A stretch of 62,167 nt of DNA, the filler included, from Stramenopiles sp. TOSAG23-3 (Eukaryota), in assembly GCA_900128585.1 (NCBI GenBank). It is 14 parts of 14 records of this genome, joined end to end, with 100 filler letters (N's around TTAATTAATTAA, not from the genome) between each part and the next. Parts side by side here need not be neighbours in the genome. Positions count along the whole stretch, not along the records: positions 53,403 to 57,736 come from LT643867.1; positions 57,837 to 62,167 come from LT643868.1; 12 more parts are not named here. One strand, written 5' to 3'. The translations under genes were made by a program, and so were the position numbers. Every line of letters starts with the position of its first letter. Within the stretch, counting starts at the first letter, position 1. Positions 53,681 through 62,167 of the stretch are shown piece by piece. Below the pieces are notes generated by a model. The model was given only the letters and a program-made list of their open reading frames with translations. It did not search any database and was not told the DNA's origin.

Positions 53681-56600
53681 ATGGACGACGTTTGGATAGA
53701 CGCGGTTGAACAATTTTTGAAAGGGGATGACTGGAGAAATCGGGTGCTTTCGTTTGTAGATAACAATTGTGCATTGTATGCCAACGATACGGGGGACATA
53801 TCGGCGTTTACTCATGGGCAATACGATATTTGGCACGAGTTTAAAGATTTAGTGGACAGTTGCATTGGTAGCGTCTTGTCCGATTTAGGAGGGAGCGAGG
53901 AATCGTTCGCAAGGGCGTGTGAGGACAGGCTGAAGGAGAGGGACAAGGGCCCAAGGGACGCCGCGGTGAAGGAAGTGTTGCGCAAACTGCTGACGTACGA
54001 TTCGTTCGAAGACTTTGGCTACATGATGAAAGTGCGCTGGCAAGAACTGGAAGGGAACGAAAGAACAGACGTGGACTACTTTGCCGAGATGGAAGCGGCT
54101 GGGGGCACCACCAAGGTAGACCTCCCCTCCCGCAGGGAAACGAAATACGAACCGGACGACGAGGCGGGCGCCGGGCAAAAGACAGATGCAGGGGAGTACG
54201 AGGGCGATGAAATCGAGGCGTTGCAACGCCGGCTTAAACTCAAAGAGTGGGAGATCCAAATCGAAATCTCCAAGAGCATTTTAGGAAAGGGGGACGGGAA
54301 CGAAGCCCCCGAGCTAATGGACTGGGCGAAAGGGGTGCTGGAAATGGAGCAGCTCCTCCTGCCCGGCAGTGGTGCGTCTGCCTCACAAATCGGTGCCCAC
54401 AAGAAAACTTTGACAATTTTGAGGAACAAGGTGGACTTGGTCGTCGCGAAGAAAATGCTCGAAGACAACGAGAAATTAAGAAAGGATTTGAAAAGAAAAT
54501 TTGAATTTAAAAGGGACGCGGCTGCCGAGGGAGGCGTGACGGACACCCTCCAGGTCGGGGAAAAGAATTTGGACAGCCTGATTGAACGGCACGCAGAAAC
54601 CCAGGTGGACGTCCACACCCAACGCCAGTGCTGCGTAGAGTACTTCCAAGACCGCAGGGTATCTCAAGAAGCGTACTCGGAAGTCTACTTCTTCCTGAAG
54701 GAAATCATACGGCAGAAGAACAGCTTTATGCTGGAGCAGGACGAGGTGCACGATTTTATTTTCAACCGAATCGGGCACGAGGAAATGAGCCTTGTGCCGG
54801 CCCTCCTGAAGCTTATCGTCCTGGAGGACGAGGAAACCTGGTTACAGGCCCACATACGAGCAATCGTTAGCGGGGAACCCGTGGACAGGGAGCAGTTCTG
54901 CCGGGACGGCGAGGGAAAAGCATCTGAAAACAGCGCCGCAATGGAAGCGCTGGAGCGGGCGGAAGTGCAGGCAAGGCGCGCGGAAGAAGAGCGAGAGACC
55001 GCCGAGGCGAAACTAAGCGAAACCCGGGAGGAATCCAACAGGGTCCAGACGGAACTGGCGGAAAAAGCCGCAGCCGCGGGGCGTATTGCAGCAGAAAACA
55101 TGGAGAAAGAGATGCATGCCAGGGTTGAAGCAGAGGTGCAGGCGAGGATGACACAATGGCAACACGAGAAGGAGGAGGAGATGAGGAAGCTCGAAGAGAA
55201 GCGGGAAAGAATTGCGGAAGATTCCGTGCGGCTCCAGAAGCGACTAGAGCAACTGGACGCGCAGCGCCAGGCTGCAGAGAAAAAAGAAGCCGAGCTGAAA
55301 GCATTGAAGGCAAAAGCTCACGAGGTAACAAGGGCAGCGATTCAGAAGAACAAGGAGCTGAAGGAGCTGGACGAGGACGTACAAATGCGGCTAAACAAAG
55401 AGGTCGAGGCAGCGGAGTTGCGAAAGGCAAGGCTGAAAGAGGAGGAGCAGCAAATGAACAAACTCCGACAAGAGAGAAAAGCAGAAGAGCGGCGACTTAC
55501 AGCAGAGCAAGAAAAGCGGAAAACGCTCGAATCTGAGCTCCAGCAGGAGATCGAAGCCCAGAAAAAGATGAAGCATGAAAAGAATGAAGAGGAGTCCAGC
55601 CGGATTCAGAAAGCGTTTGAGCTGAAGGCCCGGGATCACGTGGAAAATCAGAGAAAAGAGGTGGCTGCCATGAAAGAAAAATTGCAGGAAAGGCTGAAGA
55701 AAAAACGAGAAAAGAAGAAGCGACGCTCACAACGGGGTGGAGAAATGAAGGAGGGGCCAGATGTCGACGATGCTGAAATGAGGGCGACGCTGAGCAAAGC
55801 GAGGGTCAAGCAGCTTGCGATCGAACTGAACAATAAACTGGGCACCGAAAGCCCAGAACCCAAAGTTGCGCAAAACGATGAAGGGCCACGGGCAGGTGAG
55901 GGCAAGCCCAGCCCCACAGCCCAGCCCGCACCTGCCCAGGGCAAGTTGCCCCCTTTGTACAGCAGGGGCAAGATGGAAGAACGAGATGTAAGTATGCTCA
56001 AGCGGGTTGAACTCACGCTTACTCCCTTTTGAAAACTGCCAAACCTAATACATTCCGCAACCTTCAACTCACCCCCTTACTCTTTGTGTGTGTGTGTGTG
56101 TCCCTCTTCTTCCTATTCTTTTCTGCTCGTTGAATTTGTTCTCGCGTTTGATGGTGCATCAGGCTCCATCCGCTGGTTCCGAGGACAGCCAATTTGCGCA
56201 TTTCGGCGGTCACGCTCGGCCCCACAGCGGACCCATGGACACATTCAAGGTTACAACCAAAGAGTCACCTTTACGCCCCGGAACTGCAACCAAATTCAAA
56301 TACGATAGTCATGTTAGTTTACTCTCCAAATCTCCAAATACACTCTAGAGCCCATTTATTCAAAAATATTTGCTAACACAACCATTTCATTCGAACTTGT
56401 TTAATGTAATTAATGGTGCAGGAGGAGGAGCTCGCAAGAATTACATCGGAAGCCGAGAAAGAACGGCACAAGCTAACGCTGGCGATGCAAATGGAGCATG
56501 CCAGGCAGAGGCAAGCAACGAAGGCCAGGAGGGAAAGGAGACGGACCCGCCGGCGGAAGGGCCCCGTCGTTGCCTCACCGATGGGTGCTGTAGCTGGGGC

Positions 56601-57003
56601 GAAAGTCAGCGAAGGAAAAACTGCAGACGCGCCAAAGAGGTCGAGAACGCTGGAGGATAAAAAAAATTATAAAGCCTCTGGCGACCACCGCACGAAAAAC
56701 TTGCTCGACGAGGCCCAGAAATTGCGCGATAGACTGGCAGCGTCCCTGAGGAGGGGAAGAAAAAAGCCGAAAGCAAGATCAAGTGGGAAGGCAATGCCCC
56801 CTCCCGCACCCCCGTCCGGCGTGGTGGCCAACAAAAGCACAGTCGAGCCAGGCGCAGTTTCAAACGTGAACCTGTCTAGCCTGAGGTATTTGCAAGGAAA
56901 ATACAGCCCTGCGAAAGTCGCGTGGCTTGAGGGAAATGGGCGTGAAATGGGAAGCGGGGAAGCTTTGACAGAGGAAGAGTGGGATGATACGATAAACTTT
57001 TAG
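53681..57003 (+). CDS. BART (ARL2/ARL3-binding)-domain, CFAP36-like coiled-coil protein; exons 53681-55987 and 56422-57003
   Basis: N-terminal W...V.QFL....W...V.SFVDNNC..Y...FTH.QY.IW.EFKDLVD...F..AC...LL.YDSFEDF..MMK.R..EL is the BART pattern, followed by a long coiled coil. Splicing joins KMEERD|EEELAR in frame. Confidence 0.8.
55988..56421 (+). other. Spliceosomal intron, 434 bp, phase 0
   Basis: GTAAGT donor at 55988, TGCTAAC branch point at 56371-56377, first downstream AG is the CAG ending at 56421. Confidence 0.82.
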
Positions 57004-57069
57004 CGCACGCACGTGCGTCCGTGTATTATAGAACTTGTAAAATGTACAGAGCCAAAATATTCTCACCAC

Positions 57070-57678
57070 TCACGTTTGAGAGAGTCTTCTTTCCCGGAAA
57101 AAATCTTTCAAAAGTTGGGCACAGTCATATTGCAGAACCCCAGGAACAATTTCCACTCGATGGTTAAGAGTGTTTAAGTGATCATTGTTCTTGTGAAAAA
57201 TATGTTTTTCACCCCCAAACTTTTCGTTTGAGGCACCGTAGACTATTGTATCGACGCGCGACAGCAACGACGCCCCAAGACACATGATGCAAGGCTCGAC
57301 AGTTGTATACAAAGTCACTGGCCCCTCAGAGTTTAGTCTCCACGACCCAACTTCCATGCTTGCCGACTCTATTGCGATAATCTCGGCGTGTTTTGTAACG
57401 CTCTGCGAGCACTCTGTCCTATTGAAACCCCGCCCAAGAATCTTTTCATCCCCTTGCCGAACAATCAGCGCACCCACAGGCACTTCGCCCAGCGCCCCAG
57501 CTTGCTTCGCTAACCCAAGGCACATCCTCATGAGTTTTTCATGCCTTGCCATGCCATTCCCACGAAAGCAAAGTGAAATAAATGTATTGAATGAACGTTA
57601 GCTTTCAACACGTTGTAGCAGTAACAAGAAATGTCTTTCTGTTCTATTCGACAGAATCCATTGTGTCACTTACAACAT
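57070..57678 (-). CDS. tadA: tRNA adenosine-34 deaminase, TadA-type; probable 5-nt first coding exon (57678-57674) plus exon 57544-57070
   Basis: GEVPVGA, HAE and EPCIMC zinc motifs, WRL, LNHRVEIV.GVL...CAQLLKDFFRERR. The spliced start would read MLHEKLMRMCL. Confidence 0.88.
57545..57673 (-). other. Probable spliceosomal intron, 129 bp, phase 2
   Basis: Minus strand ATGTT|GTAAGT ... GCTAAC (57597-57602) ... CAAG|GCATGAA. The first AG after the branch point restores the frame. Confidence 0.7.
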
Positions 57679-57836
57679 TTACTTTTGGTAATAAAAGATA
57701 CAGAAATATATAATATTTGTCCATTTTTTTTAATAANNNNNNNNNNNNNNNNNNNNNNNNNNNNNNNNNNNNNNNNNNNNTTAATTAATTAANNNNNNNN
57801 NNNNNNNNNNNNNNNNNNNNNNNNNNNNNNNNNNNN

Positions 57837-57962
57837 AAGAAGAAGAAGAAGAAGAAGAAGAAGAAGAAGAAGAAGAAGAAGAAGAAGAAGAAGAAGAAGA
57901 GAGAAGAAAGAAGAAGAGAGAAGAAAGAAGAAGAACGAAGAACGAAGAACGAAGAAGAAGAA
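57837..57962. repeat. (AAG)n microsatellite at contig start
   Basis: Direct reading. Confidence 0.95.
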
Positions 57963-58542
57963 GGCAGCGGCGCTTTTCATCCGGGGCGGGGGGGAACCCA
58001 ATCATGTTCTATACTATATACATACTATTACAATATATGTATACCTATTTACAATAGTATACTTATTCGTAATTAATAAAATTCCCGGCGCGAAGCAATG
58101 CTGTGTTCAAATGAAAATGTCAAATCGTGAATTAGAAAGATCGTGGTGTGTGGTGTGTGATGCTACAGTATATAAGAAGAATAATATTAAAAAAAATGAA
58201 TACATTAAGAAGAAGAAAAAGCAGCTGGGAAGGTTAGTTAAGGACTTTGGATTAGTTGGGAATATTTTAATATAGTATTATACAGCAGAAGTAATTGAAG
58301 TAACAACAACCCTTAAAAACCCTTTAAAAAATATAATTTGTTTTTTTAATAAAGCGCGCAACAACAACAGAAGAAGAACAACAACATTTTTGATTTTGAA
58401 ATATCTATCTCGTTGTTATAATAATGATACACACACACATACGCAAACAGGAACGAAAATTGATGCGAATGAAAAGTATCCGGTAAAGTTGAAACAGCAA
58501 AGGTTTAAACTCAACAACAAACGAACCGAAAAGTTGCGGAAA

Positions 58543-61500
58543 ATGCCGCCGAAGAAGAACACCAAAAAAAGGAGTAGCAGTGCGTTTTCCATCCTGGAAA
58601 ATGCACCGGACACCCCACCTCGCATCAGCGGGAACTCGAGCTCGCACAGGTCTAAACGCCCTCGAGTAGGAGATGGTGATGGAGATGGTGCAGGCAGTAC
58701 AGCAGGCCTTAGCAGAGCAGGAGTGATATCTGAGATTGTTGTCGAAAACATAATGAATCATAAGATTTTGGTTGTACCCTTGAACCCGAGAGTAAACTTC
58801 ATTACAGGGCCAAACGGAACAGGCAAGAGCGCGGTTGTTGCGGCAATACAACTGTGCTTTGGAGCATCGGCCAAACAAACCGGGCGCGAAAAGGCATTGG
58901 CGAGTATGATAAGGCGCGGCCACGAAGGCCACGGGTATTGCCGCGTAACCCTGCACAACCCCAGGGGGCACGATGCCTATAAGTACGAGGTTTTTGGGGA
59001 CACCATCACGATTGAGCGAAAAATCACCCGTTCGTCTGGTACCGCTTACAAAATTTATACCCACGAGATGGCACAGCGGGCAAAAAGGGGCGAGGACGCA
59101 CGGAAGCTTCCGGGCTACAAGCCAGATGGGATGACTGTGAAACAGGAGGTTGATAAGATTGTTGATAAATTTAACATTAACTGTACGAACCCATGCAACG
59201 TGCTTGATCAACAATCTGCGTCAAACTTTTTAAGGGGAGGTGAAGCGGAAAAGTACAAATTTTTCGAGAAGGCCACGGAGCTTCGAACACTCAGGGATGA
59301 GCGGGAGAAGTTAAAGGGTGATCTCGAGTCCATAGCAGCGCACATTGAGAGTGCAAAAAGACAAGAACAGAAAGCTGAAAGGGATTACAAGCGAGCGAAA
59401 GAGGCGCACGACAAAGTTGAACGTTTGAGACGGGTGGACAACGACATCCAAAAACAAAAACGCATCCTGCATTGGGTATGCGTCGAGGAAGAGGAAACGA
59501 AGTTGGAAAAATGCGAAGCTAAAGTGACGTCGCTTGAGAAAAAAATCAGTGATTATGGCATTGCGTTTGCCGGTATTACCGACGACGAAAACGCCAAACG
59601 AACAGCTTTAAGCGACCAGGAAAATGAGTTGAAGAAAATGCAAAAGGAGTCTCAGTCTCTAACCTCGAAGCGGGCAGAAATCGAGAGAGAATTGAAAAAG
59701 GCAAAACGGCCCATAAAGGAGAGGGACAGGGAGATCCAGAGCACGGGGCAGAACATTAAGAAAGTTACTTCCGCTATCAAGAAAGAAGAAGCGAACATCA
59801 GCAAGCTTCTGAGAGAGCGCAATAAGACTCCAAAGACCCGCACCAGTAGGAAGGAAGAGGAATATCACAACCGACAAGTACTTCTCGAAAAGAACCTAGA
59901 AGAAGTTGAGGCAAAGGAAAAGCGTGCTGCGGCAAGGAGGACGGAATTGGATCCAGCCTTGGAGTCGAGCTCCAGGGAGACCGAAAGGCAGCGGTACGAT
60001 CTATCGTCATCGAGAGAAAGCTTCGAAGATTTGAAAAGACAGTACGATGGCATGAAACGCGATAGGAACCGTTTGGAGATGCAGCAAGGCGATGTATATG
60101 GTAACGATATTGCACATCTGAACCAGCTAATACAACGACACAGGAACCAATTTGAGGGACACCACGGCCCAATGGTTCCCGTCGGTCGCTCAGCAACTTT
60201 GAAAGTGGAGTGTGCCTCCTACGCCCAAGCTGTAGAGCATGCTCTGGGTGAAAAAGAATTGAAAACACTTCTCGTGAATACCCAGGGCGATCGCAAGACC
60301 ATTATGGATTTGGCGAGAAGAAACAATGTGCAGATCAGGTCAATATCCTGCTTTAACGACAGAAGTGGAAGCAAAAAGCAAATCCCGCAGAATCGGTTAC
60401 CCCCGCCGCACTTGAAAACCGTTGAACGGTGCATCGACGTTAACCATCCGTGGGTGTACAACTATTTGGTTTTTGCTACGAATATGCACCAGGTGGCAAT
60501 TGTCGATGAATCGAGACTTGTTGAAGAAGCTAACAGAAATCACAGCAATGTTAATGGGTATTACAGCAAATCTCTTACTAGGAGGGCGAGAACGGCAAGG
60601 AACGGAAATACGTTTTTCCAGCCTATCCACAATCCTCGCAGAGCAAAATACTTGCAACTTGACAGGCAGGGGCAGCTGAATGGTTTAAGGCAGGATATGC
60701 AAAACCTTAAACAGGAGATGGAAAATTCCGAAGCAACGTGTAAAAGACGGAAGAAAATGTACGAACAAGCATTACAGCGACAAACGGAAGAACAAAGGGA
60801 GATCGACGAGTGCAATGAGACTATACGCTCTCTCAAGGACCAACGCCGAAAAATAAGTAACGAATTGCGCGCTCTTAAGGAAGCAAGCGAATCTGCCAAA
60901 GACAACGATCTGGTCAACCAAGATGACTTCCAAATCCAAGAGTGCCAAGACCGCCTTGAATATATGAAAACGGATAAAGAGAAGCTCGAAGCGAAGCGAA
61001 ATACTGCGATCAAGGAGAAAGAATACGCCAGCGGAAGTTTAGTCCCCATCGAGGCAAGGCTGTCCAATGCGCTGGAAGAGAAGAAGAAGCACGACCTAAA
61101 AATGAGTGCTCTGAACAAACGCATGGACAAATTCGAAGAAGGTTATGTTCGCGCAAAGGAGAAGGAAAAGATGTGTCAACAGAAACTTGACAGCATGCGC
61201 GCAAAGCTTGCAGCCAAAGTACAGGAACGTAACTTTCAAGCATTAAAAACGGAGAAAGACAAAAAAGAATGCATAGATTTTTATGGCCCTGAGAGGATCA
61301 AGTCCCCGCAAGGGGAGACCGCGGAGCAATTAGAGGCGACCATAAAACTATTGGAAGAACAACTTCGAAGTAATAGGGCGAGCAGTGCTAGCATCCAAGC
61401 TGTTACAAAGGCATACGAAACCAAGGCGAGGGAGTACACCTATCTGCGTAATAAAATTGCGTTCATAAGTCGGCAGCTAAAGCATGTGTTCGCAATGAAG

Positions 61501-61986
61501 GTAGACAGGGACAAGCGCTTTAAAGGACTTCAATCATACGTCTCGAAGATGTCAAGCACTGTGTTCAATAGCCTTTTGAGACAAACGCAGCAATCCGGTC
61601 ATGTGGACTATGACCACGACAACAAAACGCTTGGCATTAGCGTGCAATTGGAAGGCAGAGCATCGGAAAGTGTGGCGAACGTCAATGATGCAAAACAACT
61701 GTCTGGGGGCGAGCGCTCGTCCGCAACCCTCGCGTTACTCCTCGCACTTATCTTTTCTACGGATTATCCGTTCAGCGTCTTGGATGAGTTTGATGTTTGC
61801 ATGGACGAGCAAAGGCGTTCCACGTCAATTGCCCAGCTGGTGAAAATGGCACAAAAAAGGGATGATAGGCAATTTATTTTTTTGACGCCGCACAGTTTAG
61901 CATCTCTTGAACTGACCGATGATAAAGAGGGCAGGACGGAGACTCGCAATTGGATCGACATATTTGTAATGCCGGATAAGGAGTAA
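58543..61986 (+). CDS. SMC6: Structural maintenance of chromosomes protein 6
   Basis: VNFITGPNGTGKSAV (Walker A), NP..VLDQ..ASNFL...KYKFF..AT, hinge between coiled coils, LSGGERS, LDEFDVCMDE..R, QFIFLTP. First ATG (MPPKK) at 58543. Confidence 0.93.
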   Translation: MPPKKNTKKRSSSAFSILENAPDTPPRISGNSSSHRSKRPRVGDGDGDGAGSTAGLSRAGVISEIVVENIMNHKILVVPLNPRVNFITGPNGTGKSAVVAAIQLCFGASAKQTGREKALASMIRRGHEGHGYCRVTLHNPRGHDAYKYEVFGDTITIERKITRSSGTAYKIYTHEMAQRAKRGEDARKLPGYKPDGMTVKQEVDKIVDKFNINCTNPCNVLDQQSASNFLRGGEAEKYKFFEKATELRTLRDEREKLKGDLESIAAHIESAKRQEQKAERDYKRAKEAHDKVERLRRVDNDIQKQKRILHWVCVEEEETKLEKCEAKVTSLEKKISDYGIAFAGITDDENAKRTALSDQENELKKMQKESQSLTSKRAEIERELKKAKRPIKERDREIQSTGQNIKKVTSAIKKEEANISKLLRERNKTPKTRTSRKEEEYHNRQVLLEKNLEEVEAKEKRAAARRTELDPALESSSRETERQRYDLSSSRESFEDLKRQYDGMKRDRNRLEMQQGDVYGNDIAHLNQLIQRHRNQFEGHHGPMVPVGRSATLKVECASYAQAVEHALGEKELKTLLVNTQGDRKTIMDLARRNNVQIRSISCFNDRSGSKKQIPQNRLPPPHLKTVERCIDVNHPWVYNYLVFATNMHQVAIVDESRLVEEANRNHSNVNGYYSKSLTRRARTARNGNTFFQPIHNPRRAKYLQLDRQGQLNGLRQDMQNLKQEMENSEATCKRRKKMYEQALQRQTEEQREIDECNETIRSLKDQRRKISNELRALKEASESAKDNDLVNQDDFQIQECQDRLEYMKTDKEKLEAKRNTAIKEKEYASGSLVPIEARLSNALEEKKKHDLKMSALNKRMDKFEEGYVRAKEKEKMCQQKLDSMRAKLAAKVQERNFQALKTEKDKKECIDFYGPERIKSPQGETAEQLEATIKLLEEQLRSNRASSASIQAVTKAYETKAREYTYLRNKIAFISRQLKHVFAMKVDRDKRFKGLQSYVSKMSSTVFNSLLRQTQQSGHVDYDHDNKTLGISVQLEGRASESVANVNDAKQLSGGERSSATLALLLALIFSTDYPFSVLDEFDVCMDEQRRSTSIAQLVKMAQKRDDRQFIFLTPHSLASLELTDDKEGRTETRNWIDIFVMPDKE

Positions 61987-62167
61987 TTTGGGCGCGCAGC
62001 ACAACGAAAGAGATTTGATGGCGGTTATTTTCATATAATAATATTTTACTGAAGAATGTTGTTTTTTGTTCTTCAACGCTGCTGCTGTGTTGATATATTA
62101 AATAACATGAAAGCACATTAAGTGGTGGTCGCTCGTTACTACTCGTGACACGCCCTTTTTCGCATCG

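Noticed and set aside
56413-57003. Separate 196-aa gene
   Set aside because: Better explained as exon 2 of the BART-domain gene through the in-frame intron 55988-56421.
4376-57836. Regularly spaced identical TTAATTAATTAA units, superficially like an array or repeat family
   Set aside because: Each is centred in a 100-bp N-padded block. This is a synthetic six-frame-stop linker between contigs, not biology.
57070-61986. Deaminase next to an SMC ATPase as a possible defence system (Wadjet/Lamassu-like)
   Set aside because: The genes lie on different contigs separated by a linker, and the SMC has ordinary eukaryotic SMC6 signatures.
1-62167. Non-standard genetic code or selenocysteine readthrough
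   Set aside because: TAA, TAG and TGA all end well-supported genes, and conserved proteins translate without internal stops in the standard code.

Overview
Eukaryotic nuclear DNA, not a prokaryotic locus. The window is 14 unrelated contigs of about 4.3 kb (4375 down to 4331 bp, sorted by length), joined by 13 artificial 100-bp linkers (N44-TTAATTAATTAA-N44), so adjacency across linkers means nothing. The genome is gene-dense and intron-poor. Four GTAAGT...CTAAC...AG introns can be placed exactly. GC-richer exons sit between very AT-rich, microsatellite-containing spacers. A Sig1/Ocm1-type mastigoneme EGF protein, an outer-arm dynein heavy chain and a BART/CFAP36-like protein point to a flagellated stramenopile, possibly an uncultured MAG or SAG (inference). 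Other recognisable genes are PGAP4/TMEM246-like, Hsp110, an MFS transporter, GEMIN5-like, SfsA-like nuclease, tandem cytochrome b5, a YHYH protein, TRMT2A, a membrane RING-H2, a Nudix hydrolase, MED4, TadA-type deaminase and SMC6. The most interesting signals are: (i) a secreted collagen + duplicated CBM5/12-like + long L-domain protein; (ii) a conserved AAAATTGGCTGTTATTTA element after the stop codons of four unrelated genes; (iii) a recurrent TACC-N(1-3)-GGTA palindrome in spacers of several contigs; (iv) a PDZ-kinesin with degenerate ATPase motifs; (v) shared SFLQ and RRRRL putative processing motifs in secreted proteins; (vi) a dynein gene that jumps from just after AAA3 to its C-terminal domain. 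All family calls come from recognising motifs by eye; no searches were run.
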